Source: an uncultured Acidobacteriota bacterium
Lineage (GTDB): Bacteria > Acidobacteriota > UBA6911
Reading direction: 5' to 3'
DNA length: 64,000 nt
NCBI GenBank assembly: GCA_963809485.1
Contig: CAWEJX010000004.1
Span: forward strand, 224,001 to 288,000
The notes beneath the pieces are model-generated. The model worked only from the letters and a program-made list of their open reading frames with translations, searched no databases and was not told the origin of the DNA. Positions 42,820 through 51,613 of this stretch are shown piece after piece (the stretch's first letter is position 1; each line of letters opens with the position of its first letter). The position numbers and the translations under genes are program-made.

Positions 42820-44060
42820 GTGGCTCAACCCGACAGCCAAATCGCGCCACCCCTCAAACAAACCGCTGACAGAGCAAAAAGCAGGGCCTGGATGTGGCCT
42901 TTCAGCCTGCTTCTGTTCGTGATCCTGGTAGACTCGATCGACGCCACCTCCTATCGGTCCCGTCATGGCTCAGATCAAAAGCGCGTGGAAAATAAGCAAT
43001 ACAGGTGTCGGCATCTACACAAGCATTTATGGTCTGCTCTCTATCCTCGTGGCTGTGCCCATCGGCGAAGCGGTCAGGCGATGGGGCGTGAAGCGCACCG
43101 TCATGGGCGCGGTGACGATCATTTTCCTTGGAATGATGCTGATGGCAACGGCGGACGCGTTCCCTCAAGGGCTCACGGGCAGAATCTTCGCATCGGCGGG
43201 GATACGGGTGGCAACGGTTGCATCCTGGGCAGGGGCAGCGACGATTGCACCCGCATCGGTCATGACGTCCGCCTGGACCATCATGAATACTGCCAATGCG
43301 GCAGGCGCAATCATCGGGCCGTCGGTTGTTGGAGGCTATGTCGGCTCCAATTTCGGCTGGCAGGCGAGTCTTCTTCACCCTTGCCGGTTTCTCGGTATTC
43401 TGCTTTGTCCTGATCTGGCTGTTCCTGCGCATGCCGTCTGCCAGAACCGCAGCCCCGGATAGCGTTGCGGCGTCGACCGCAACCTCCGGATTCAACGTTT
43501 ACCGGTGCTGGGACATCTACCTGATGGGGCTGATCTTCACCTTCATGATCGGCGGCAGCCAGGTGTCGATCATGAGCTTTGCGCCCCTGGCGATGGCGCA
43601 CCGATGGAATATGGATCCTGCAGGCCATCGGCAATGTGATCGGCCTCTCATATTCGGTAGGATTGCCCGTGATGTTTGTGGCAGGCATTCTCGCCGACAA
43701 GCTTCGCACGCGGAAGAAAATCATGATCGCGGCCGCGAATCCCTATGGCTGCCGGGCTGTTCATGCTCACGTCGCAGGACCAGACGATCTTCATACTGGG
43801 TTTGGTCGGCTATCTCGGCTTCACCTATGCCCCGGGCGCCATGCTTTATGCCTGCGCTCCGGACATGGTACCGAAAGGAACAAGTCTCGGTCCTGTCTAC
43901 GGCCTGCTGGTCGACGATCAGCAACGCCGGCAGCTTTTTCGCGCCCATCATCGTGGGGCGGATACGGGACGCAACAGGCGATTTCAACTCCAGCTTCATC
44001 CTGTTGGGAGTGCTGTGCACGATCAGCTTGCTTCTTTGTCTGAAGCTCCGGGTTCGTTAA
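42820..44060 (+). CDS. MFS transporter, several frameshifts
   Basis: Hydrophobic helices over four ORF pieces; GEAVRRWGVKR and GILADKLRTRK loop motifs; GRIRDATGDF. Confidence 0.75.
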
Positions 44061-44176
44061 GCCCCGCTGCTGTCCTGAGTTTTGTGGTCGGGTAGGAATT
44101 GAGCCCCAAGCACCACTGCTTTCGGGCCCATTTTGTCGTTAAAAGCAGATCCGGGATTTTGCGTTCATTTCGCTAT

Positions 44177-44740
44177 TCAGGCTTTCAATAGACCCTCGAG
44201 CTTTGTGCAGGCCAGTTTGCCGAGACGCTGGCAGATATTGAAGCTCGTGCTTCCTTTTCTTATGTCGCGACAATGCAGCGGGGCCATTGATGCCCACCAA
44301 TTCCAGTATTCATTCACTCTTTCTCTGCAACTCGCTTGCGCTTCATTATTTGCCATTTTCAGGGACCCGGAATGGAGGCCGATAGCCATGATGCCGGCTG
44401 TAAGAAAACCGCAGAGGTCCTGGTGGCCCATGCCGCCGCCGAAGCCTGTCGCTATCCATACAAGTTCTTCGGGTTTTTTCAGGTGGCGTAATGAAACCAT
44501 TAGCCCGGTTTCGGCTCAGCTGTAACCCTTGTGCCAGAAATTATCCATATCCCTGGCCATGGCCGATTTATTCACCATTTCCAGCTCAGCGGGACTTAAA
44601 TCCTCACTGAGGTCCGAAGCGCTTGCCGCGTCCTTTGGAGGCAAATCGGATGCTTTGAGAGATGCGGCGCCCAAAGTCAGAACCAATGAAGGTACAAGAA
44701 ATTCCCTTCGACCCAGTTGAATGATTTCAGTCCTGTTCAT
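44177..44740 (-). CDS. Tat-exported C-GCAxxG-C-C family selenoprotein, with UGA at 44518-44516 read as Sec
   Basis: GRREFL Tat motif; read-through GYS-U-AETGLM...GFGGGMG...LCGFLTAG...HC...C places the UGA at the family's first conserved Cys. Confidence 0.8.
44485..44505 (-). promoter_or_regulatory. Putative bacterial SECIS hairpin
   Basis: GGC-TAATG-gttt-CATTA-c-GCC on the minus strand; G-starting loop 18 nt after the UGA. Confidence 0.55.
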
Positions 44741-45450
44741 ACCAGCATTCCTTGATGGAAAGTCCAAAGCGGCCCGCGTCGTCACCGCCGCTGCATCTGT
44801 TCGCTGTTTTCAAGCTCTGCGGCGTTTCCGATTCATCACGCGGCTTTCGCACCGCCCCAAACCGCGGAACGAGGCCGGCTGCAGCTCCAGCGGCGGATCG
44901 GCTCGTGTTTCATCAGCTTAGCGGCCGGAGATAAAAAATTCCATACAAATGATCGATTGAGTGCTGGAGCGCGCGAGACGACGCATAATGGACCTGCAGC
45001 CAAACCACGGCAGCCGGCAAATTGCGCAATTAGAATTACCGATCAACTCCCTTTGTGAAAGAGGAAGTGGCCGCAATCAAACCTTTCGGGATCAGCCTTA
45101 ACCATCCTGATTTCATTTTCGTATCGACACAATGCGTTAAGATCTCGTGAATCGCCATGCTTCTCGCGCAGGGCCCCGATACGTTTTTCAAGTGGCTCGT
45201 AATAATCCGTCCACCAGCTTCCCTTCGGCCACAGGAAGCTTTCTGCCAGTTGAAACCGAAAGTGCCAAAGGGATTACCTATTGCCGCCACGGTCAAATCA
45301 GGATCGAGATCTGGCCGCAGGAAAGCCCGTTGATTAGCTTCATTGCCATTTTCTCCAGAATAGGAGGGGGAGGCGTTGCCTTCTCTCACCAGGCGTGAAA
45401 CGGCCGAATTCGGGTTCCCCCGCAAAGCCAGATCTCGCAAAGCTGCCTGT

Positions 45451-46992
45451 CTATATGGAAGCTTTGGGCTTCGGCCTGGGGCGATCCAGCCTTTTCTTCA
45501 GCAATTGCCTATACATGCCCAGCTTGACCGCAGCTTTTGTCTGATTGTCATCCGTTTGCTTCAGTGCACTCAAGATGACCCATTTTTCGAGATTATAGGC
45601 CGCAGCTTCCAGCCCCATGCCCCCCTGATCCGTATCCACATCATTGAATCGTATTAAAAAATAGCTTTTTTTCGAATCCTCGATCTTTTTGCGAACCAAT
45701 TCTGCCCGGGTTCTCAGATAATCGCTCACAACGCGCGGAAACATGTTCTCCGCATCGTCCAGATGCTGCATGGCGTGGCGCGGCTTGTCCAAGTCTAATA
45801 ATGTGTCTGCCAGGAGCAGATGGGCGTTGATCTTGAGCTTTTGAGACTTGGCCTTTTTCAGCGCGTCCTCGAAATATTGGCAAGCTTCATCCATTTCATT
45901 ATTCCGGGAATGACATTTGCCCAGGCATATTTTTGCCTCGGCTTGAAGCTCCGGGCTGTTGATCTTCTCCGGGGCCGCCAGATCCAGGGCTTCCATGGCA
46001 TGTTTTGAGGCAATTTTGCAGTTTCTCGAAGCGTCCTCCAGATAGAGCCAGCTTAAAGCCACCAAAACCTCAATTTTTTGCCGCTCGTACCGGTGGGTGC
46101 GACAAATTTCCAAAGCCTGATTGAGATGTGCCTCAGCCTCCTGAAAATTTTTGTCACGGAGAAGCGTCCTGCCGATGTTTGTCAGCGTTCGGGCAATATT
46201 CCGCGAATGATGGGCCGCATTATAGAGCCCCAGCGCGGAGGACAGCGTGTGGAACGACTGAGCGGTCTCACCCTGCGAACGGAGGATCGCGCCCAGACTC
46301 TGCAGGACATTTGCCTTGCTGATGTCGTCTCGGATGTCTTCGAGCAGCTGCTGCGCAGCGAGCAATTTATCCCTTCCTCCGAGCGCGTTCCCCTCTCTCC
46401 AGAGAAAAAATCCTTCAAGGAGGTAGCTGATGCCGATGCGCCAGTTGAGAACCGGCAGATCCCGGGACCGGTTTTTCGACGCGGCAAACCAGCGGAAAAA
46501 ACAGGCGCGGGATTCCTCGCAAGATTTGGTGAGCTCATCCTGTTCAAACAGGCGGCTGAAGCACCGCGCGATGAAATGATGCGCTTCCCCTTCACCCGAA
46601 GGGTCGCGCCTTTCCACGCACGTTTTAAGTATCTGCCGCGCCATGGATATCGCTTTATCGAATTTTCTATTTTCGTAATGATACTCGCACAGGACCAGCT
46701 TCTGTCCCGTTCGAAGACTGCCCATGGACAGAAATTCCGACTCCTTTTTTTGATATTTCTTTATGGCGTTGCCGGCGCTGCTGATGTTTCCACGGTAAAA
46801 ATGCAGCCTCGCGGCGATTGCCGATAATTTGGCTTTGAGCGGCTCATGAATCCGTGAGGCACGGGCATCCTGAAAAACCGCATTGTGATAATCAAATTTC
46901 ATCTGGGCCTGGCGGAAATTGCCGCGCGCCAGATCCTCCTCTATGTCCGCGGCAATAGCCTCCGGGCTCTGTTTGTCGGCCTCTGCCTGCAT
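45451..46992 (-). CDS. TPR-repeat protein with C-terminal Fis-type HTH (putative regulator of the Ubl-like operon)
   Basis: GGAGGA RBS; many TPR-like helices (ANVLQSLGAIL, ARTLTNIGRTL); LEKWVILSALKQTDDNQTKAAVKLGMYRQLL HTH; no AAA+ Walker A or GAFTGA. Confidence 0.8.
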   Translation of the reverse strand: MQAEADKQSPEAIAADIEEDLARGNFRQAQMKFDYHNAVFQDARASRIHEPLKAKLSAIAARLHFYRGNISSAGNAIKKYQKKESEFLSMGSLRTGQKLVLCEYHYENRKFDKAISMARQILKTCVERRDPSGEGEAHHFIARCFSRLFEQDELTKSCEESRACFFRWFAASKNRSRDLPVLNWRIGISYLLEGFFLWREGNALGGRDKLLAAQQLLEDIRDDISKANVLQSLGAILRSQGETAQSFHTLSSALGLYNAAHHSRNIARTLTNIGRTLLRDKNFQEAEAHLNQALEICRTHRYERQKIEVLVALSWLYLEDASRNCKIASKHAMEALDLAAPEKINSPELQAEAKICLGKCHSRNNEMDEACQYFEDALKKAKSQKLKINAHLLLADTLLDLDKPRHAMQHLDDAENMFPRVVSDYLRTRAELVRKKIEDSKKSYFLIRFNDVDTDQGGMGLEAAAYNLEKWVILSALKQTDDNQTKAAVKLGMYRQLLKKRLDRPRPKPKASI

Positions 46993-47089
46993 GGTTATAT
47001 CCTCCCTCGATTTCGACCTCGACGGGGAAAGATCCGGTTCCCGCCCCATCCGGGCCGCGCACCCTCCATGGCACCCAGAATCCTATTAC

Positions 47090-47105
47090 TGCAATATTTA
47101 TTGCA
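47090..47105. promoter_or_regulatory. Palindromic operator candidate 1
   Basis: TGCAATA-TT-TATTGCA perfect inverted repeat in the divergent intergenic region. Confidence 0.6.
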
Positions 47106-47220
47106 TGGCAACCCCAATGGCATTTTTATCCGTGCAGCTGCAACCATTCGCATATTGACAGGCATTCGGTGGCACATTAATCATACGTCAGGACATAAAT
47201 AAGCCAGAATAAATGATGCG

Positions 47221-47236
47221 CGCAACATTTGTTGCA
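47221..47236. promoter_or_regulatory. Palindromic operator candidate 2
   Basis: cGCAACA-TT-TGTTGCa; same spacing and consensus as 47090-47105. Confidence 0.6.
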
Positions 47237-47268
47237 TTTGAGAATACTTCAAAAGGAGGGCCCAAACA

Positions 47269-48879
47269 ATGGAAAAAACCAGGATATCCGGTCTGAACGC
47301 CGGCGAGCTTCGGAACCCATCCGGGCCTTCCAGCCGGCAGGTCTCCCAAAACTTTTGGATACTGCGGGGACTGTCAATCCTGATATTCCTGCTGATTGTC
47401 GGCGGCACCTCTGTCCTTGCCGATCCTGCGTCTGTTCAGGATCTGAAGACTCCGGAGTTGAGTTCCACCGAAGAACAGTTTCGCCAGGTCTACGCCGAAC
47501 TGGAAAGGCAGCGTCAGCTTTTGCACGATCGGACCCGGCTGCCCATAGATGAACAAAGATCGCTGGAAAATCATCTCTCCGAAGTGCGCAGGAGGTTGAA
47601 GAGAATTTCCAGCCAAATGGATGCGCTGCAGAGGCGCGAAAGCCTGCAGGCCGCAGATATTGCATCCTTGACTGCCAGCTTGCGGGATTTTAAGTCTCAG
47701 ATGAGTCTGCAAAACCAAAACGCGGCGACAGCGCAGGAATCAATTCAGGAAAAGACCTCGCTTGTTCTGTATGCCGTTTGGGCACTCGCTGGCGGAATAG
47801 TAGCTCTGGGAGCTGCCTTTCTAGTTTCCCATCATCGCCAGAAGCGGGTGCTCGGAGAAATTATCGGCCACACGAAGAGGCTGTTGGGCATGGGAAAGTC
47901 GAGGCTGCCTGTTCCGGAGGCTGACACAAGGGCTTCGTGGCAGACTCCGGATCCGCAGATCAATTTCGAAGCCCTTTATCCAAAAGAGATTTCGACATTT
48001 AAGCCGCCCGACGACTGGATTGAGGGATTGCGTATCACTCTTACCAGCGAGACGCTCCAGGGGATGGTGGAGGTGGTTGACCGGGCGGAAAGAGAACGCC
48101 CCGGCCTGGAATCCGGCGGGGCTTTGGTAGGGCGGGTAAGGTGCGACGCCGACGGCAATTGGCAGGATGTCTATGTCGAGGGTCTGTTGAGCGCGGGCAA
48201 TGACGTGAAATATGAATGCGCCTATTATGAGGAAGACCGGGCGGCACAGGGATCAGAACTGGAGCGTTTCCGCGCATTGGACACCCGGGTGTCCTACCTC
48301 GGGGATTTTCACCGGCATCCGGGCCGCATGTACTTCCCCAGTGGAGGGGATCATCAAACCGACGCGCGCAATGTCTGTGAGAGTTTTGCAAAAAACTTCA
48401 AGGGCGGATTTGTATACGTGATATTCACTCGCCACGACGGAAGCCGCAAAGGCGGCCTGGTTCAAGACGGATGGAGAGCCGACTTTTATTTTATGCACCG
48501 CGGGCTGCTGGAGTATGTACCTTTCCAGCCGCGCATCGTGGAAGGCGGGGTTCGCCCCAAAGCATGGCAAATCCCTCACCTTCCCAGGGTACGTTCCGAA
48601 CTTGGCGGACTGAGGGCTTTTGCGCAAACAGTCCGGCTTGATCAATTGGCAAAAGACGGCGATGACTACCTGGTGGTCGACGTTGCCGATCCGCGTTGGG
48701 GCGATAGGAGGGTGCTCTTCTTCCTGGCCGATAACTACCCTTACGTTTCCCCAACTGTTTTCCTCGCAAAACACGAAAAAATGACCGCCCTGAACTCCTG
48801 GATACCAGTCTGGAGTCCAAATAGCGGGCTGGTCAACATCCTATATGGCCTAACAGAAAAAGGTGAACTGCCAAGCTGA
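47269..48879 (+). CDS. Membrane-anchored coiled-coil JAB/MPN peptidase with C-terminal Cys-less E2/UEV-like domain
   Basis: AGGAGG RBS; two hydrophobic segments around a coiled coil; ESGG...GDFHRHP...PSGGD JAMM motif; FLADNYPYVSPTVF...WSPNSGLVNIL. Confidence 0.75.
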   Translation: MEKTRISGLNAGELRNPSGPSSRQVSQNFWILRGLSILIFLLIVGGTSVLADPASVQDLKTPELSSTEEQFRQVYAELERQRQLLHDRTRLPIDEQRSLENHLSEVRRRLKRISSQMDALQRRESLQAADIASLTASLRDFKSQMSLQNQNAATAQESIQEKTSLVLYAVWALAGGIVALGAAFLVSHHRQKRVLGEIIGHTKRLLGMGKSRLPVPEADTRASWQTPDPQINFEALYPKEISTFKPPDDWIEGLRITLTSETLQGMVEVVDRAERERPGLESGGALVGRVRCDADGNWQDVYVEGLLSAGNDVKYECAYYEEDRAAQGSELERFRALDTRVSYLGDFHRHPGRMYFPSGGDHQTDARNVCESFAKNFKGGFVYVIFTRHDGSRKGGLVQDGWRADFYFMHRGLLEYVPFQPRIVEGGVRPKAWQIPHLPRVRSELGGLRAFAQTVRLDQLAKDGDDYLVVDVADPRWGDRRVLFFLADNYPYVSPTVFLAKHEKMTALNSWIPVWSPNSGLVNILYGLTEKGELPS

Positions 48880-48894
48880 ACTAATAAGGAGAGA

Positions 48895-49089
48895 ATGATC
48901 ATGCAAGAAAACAAAAGAGCTTTGACTCCAGAAGAGGTTGAAAAATACCGCCGAAAATTGAGGGAGAGCGACATCCGGTACAACACCGATTGTGAGGTTA
49001 TCGATGGGCCGGTTTATGACGTTACACAGGGGCAGGAAACAATCGTCAAACGCGTTCCTTCCGGCGTGGGGCACTGGCTCAAGCTTTAG
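48895..49089 (+). CDS. Small protein, candidate ubiquitin-like modifier
   Basis: AAGGAG RBS; lies in an E1/E2/JAB operon; ends DVTQGQETIVKRVPSGVG-HWLKL. The Ubl assignment is inferred. Confidence 0.6.
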   Translation: MIMQENKRALTPEEVEKYRRKLRESDIRYNTDCEVIDGPVYDVTQGQETIVKRVPSGVGHWLKL

Positions 49090-49349
49090 ACATTCGATCT
49101 TCTGGCGCTCCCGCCCTTGGATATCGATGGATCCCGTTCCAAGGCATGCCAGTCCTTGAATGCACCTGAAATCTCCCAGCGTTGCTGGGAAGGTTATAGA
49201 GTTTGACAGCTCCAGGGTCACCGAACACCGACAGAAGCAGACTAAATCGCTGATGAGCGCTGACCTTGAAGGTGAAGGGCAACGTGCAAGAGTCGCTAAG
49301 GCGCTTCCGAAGCAGGTCGCGTGTTCGCATTCCTGACAGGGTCCATAAG

Positions 49350-50603
49350 ATGAGCAGATGGCTGAAGCAATTGTGCAGCGTGTTTTTTGGAGATGAGGTT
49401 TCTGACGAGAAGGCATCCGTGCATTCATTCGCCAGGAGTGCCGAATTGTCTCAAGTGACCGTTCGCCAGGGCGTCATTGATGCGATTTTTGATCAGGTTG
49501 AGAGACATAAGCGAAAACGCAAGGGCTGCGAGACTGGCGGCGGACTCATCGGTAAGCTTTGTCATTCCCAAAGGGGCGGGTGGCTGATGCAGGTCCAGGG
49601 ACTTCTGGCTCCAGGCCCTTGCGCGGAATACCGCCCCACATATTTCGGAGCAGATCGCACATTTCAGCAGCGATGCCTCCGGAAGCATCACGAGAGGGAT
49701 CCTGAGCTTTCGTTTTTGGGAGACTGGCACCGGCATCCAATCGACATGCGATACCCATCCGCGGGAGACCATTTAACCGACCGGGATAACCTGGCAGAGG
49801 CATTCGATGGGGAGAAGCATGGAATATTTCTATTCCCCATTGTGTCCAGGCATTGTTCCGGCTCCATTCACCATCCTGCACCTTCAATCATGAGCCGGGA
49901 TGGAGTATGGAAGATTGATTTTTACTATCTCACACACGCCCGCAGGAGCTCTTACCAGCCCGCTAATCCCCGGATAGAGGCCGGTCCTTCCGTAGAACTG
50001 AGCTGCCTGGACGAAAGGCCGGAGATTTCCGCGCTGCCAGTGTTCTATTCCGACATGAGGATATCCTGTAACCGCCGGCGTGGCTGGGTCGAGCTTGAAA
50101 TCTCGCGGCCGATATGGGGAAGGGATTCCATTTCCTTTCTTCTTCCTCCCAGCTATCCATTCGATCCGCCGCAGGTCTGGATTACGGGCAACGGCAGGAC
50201 ACGGACCTATGAATCCAGGATGCTGGACCTGTGGAGCGACGCCTATAACCTGCTGAATCTCATATACGAAATTGATCACATGGAAGGAGGCATGAGTCAT
50301 GGCTTGGTACAACCGAAACGAGTCCGGGAAAATGCGATTGGTGCTGGAATGCCAGGCGATGAGGGAAACCGGCTCCCGCTTCGTACTGAAGAAACAGGGG
50401 GAGCAGCTCTATTGGATGGGCCGTCTCAGTCCCATATATTCGGCATTCAATCTGGAGATCCGGTATCCGGACAGTTTTCCGGAGAACGGGCCCCTGGTTT
50501 ACGTGACCAGTCCGGCCCTGCCTCAGGGGACGCCCCATCTTCTGTCCGGCCAGCAACTGTGCATCTTCCATCCGGGCTATGCTCGAAAAAAGGGAGTCTA
50601 TGA
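49350..50603 (+). CDS. Soluble JAB/MPN peptidase with E2/UEV-like domain (homologous part ends ~50290)
   Basis: ETGGGLIG...GDWHRHP...PSAGD; FLLPPSYPFDPPQVW...WSDAYNLLNLIY; the last ~100 codons overlap the E2 gene and are doubtful. Confidence 0.75.
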   Translation: MSRWLKQLCSVFFGDEVSDEKASVHSFARSAELSQVTVRQGVIDAIFDQVERHKRKRKGCETGGGLIGKLCHSQRGGWLMQVQGLLAPGPCAEYRPTYFGADRTFQQRCLRKHHERDPELSFLGDWHRHPIDMRYPSAGDHLTDRDNLAEAFDGEKHGIFLFPIVSRHCSGSIHHPAPSIMSRDGVWKIDFYYLTHARRSSYQPANPRIEAGPSVELSCLDERPEISALPVFYSDMRISCNRRRGWVELEISRPIWGRDSISFLLPPSYPFDPPQVWITGNGRTRTYESRMLDLWSDAYNLLNLIYEIDHMEGGMSHGLVQPKRVRENAIGAGMPGDEGNRLPLRTEETGGAALLDGPSQSHIFGIQSGDPVSGQFSGERAPGLRDQSGPASGDAPSSVRPATVHLPSGLCSKKGSL

Positions 50604-50721
50604 CGCGGCAAGAACAACTGCCGCAACAATTCTCGGCCATGCAATTTCGTGGCTGATCTGCTACGAAATCTGGCAAACGACAGGCCGATGGGAAATGGGC
50701 GAAAGCCCCACGGAAGACTGA
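50299..50721 (+). CDS. Prokaryotic E2/UBC-fold conjugating enzyme
   Basis: AGGAGG RBS; RLVLE N-terminal helix; IRYPDSFP..GP.VYV; PH......LC catalytic Cys; C-terminal SWLICYEIWQTTGRW. Confidence 0.78.
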   Translation: MAWYNRNESGKMRLVLECQAMRETGSRFVLKKQGEQLYWMGRLSPIYSAFNLEIRYPDSFPENGPLVYVTSPALPQGTPHLLSGQQLCIFHPGYARKKGVYDAARTTAATILGHAISWLICYEIWQTTGRWEMGESPTED

Positions 50722-50740
50722 TCCGTGGAAAGGGGGAACA

Positions 50741-51613
50741 ATGAACCTCTATGACAGAATCCGGGAAATCGTCAATCCAGATGTCTTTGACAACAAGCAA
50801 GTCGTAGCTTTCGGTTTGGGCTCGGGTGGAAGCACTACGGTGCTGGAGCTGGCTAAATGCGGCGTCAGCAACTTTGAGCTTGTCGATCCCGATCATCTGG
50901 ATCTCAGCAACATTGTCCGCCATGTGTGCGGATTAAGGGATATAGGGCGGAACAAGGCGGATGCCATGCGAGACGAGATTCTCAACAGGAACCGCAACGC
51001 ATGCGTCGGCGCCCACGCATTTGACATCATGGAGGACTATCAACGCACGTCCGATTTGATACGCGACGCCGACCTCGTGCTTGCCGGGACAGACAATGAG
51101 CCTTCCAAGCACCGTATCAACCTGATCAGCCTGGAAGCCGGCATACCGGTCGTTTACGCCGCCGCCTATCATCGCGCTTTTTGCGGCGAGGTATTCCGGG
51201 TAATTCCGGGGCAAACGCCCTGCTATGCATGCTTTGCTCATGCGCTGGGCCGAACGGAAACAGTCGAGCAAACCGATAGGAGCAAGCTTCGTTACGACGA
51301 TCCGGAAATGGAGCATGCTCTTTCAACCTCCCCGGGACTGGGTATGGATATCGCAGCAATCGCCCTGATTGCCTCAAAGCTGGCGTTAATGACTCTCCTT
51401 GAAGGGACCCAATGGGCGATGCCGCCATTCTCAGGCAACTATATATTCTGGGGCAATCGGCCTCTGAATAACGGCCTGGTGACTCAGTACTGGGAAAGAA
51501 AATTCTGGCAGATCCGCTGCGATCCCCAATGCCTGATTTGTGGCGTGACAGGAAGCAACAGGAATGAGGGTTTGTATGAGGAAATCATGAACGGCCTAGG
51601 TGGAGCAGCATGA
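50741..51613 (+). CDS. ThiF/MoeB-family E1-like adenylyltransferase
   Basis: GLGSGGS, VDPD, SNIVRH, GRNKA, GTDN, Zn ligands CYAC and CLIC. Confidence 0.9.
   Translation: MNLYDRIREIVNPDVFDNKQVVAFGLGSGGSTTVLELAKCGVSNFELVDPDHLDLSNIVRHVCGLRDIGRNKADAMRDEILNRNRNACVGAHAFDIMEDYQRTSDLIRDADLVLAGTDNEPSKHRINLISLEAGIPVVYAAAYHRAFCGEVFRVIPGQTPCYACFAHALGRTETVEQTDRSKLRYDDPEMEHALSTSPGLGMDIAAIALIASKLALMTLLEGTQWAMPPFSGNYIFWGNRPLNNGLVTQYWERKFWQIRCDPQCLICGVTGSNRNEGLYEEIMNGLGGAA

Noticed and set aside
44965-44981. tRNA 3'-end-like sequence (minus strand ...gcgctcca) as an att site for the Ubl locus
   Set aside because: No T-loop (GTTCGA), no matching copy at the other side of the locus, and no integrase.
45036-45440. 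134-aa ORF containing VAAIGNPFG, reminiscent of HtrA proteases
   Set aside because: Only one short motif; no catalytic GNSGG or other support.
46993-47268. Sigma54 promoter for the Fis-HTH regulator
   Set aside because: The TGGCA sites present lack a GC at the required GG-N10-GC spacing, and the regulator has no AAA+ domain.
47269-51613. Type II CBASS or ThiS/MoaD sulfur-transfer operon
   Set aside because: No CD-NTase or recognisable CBASS effector, no thiamine/molybdopterin/cysteine biosynthesis genes, and no rhodanese domain; E1 and E2 are separate genes.
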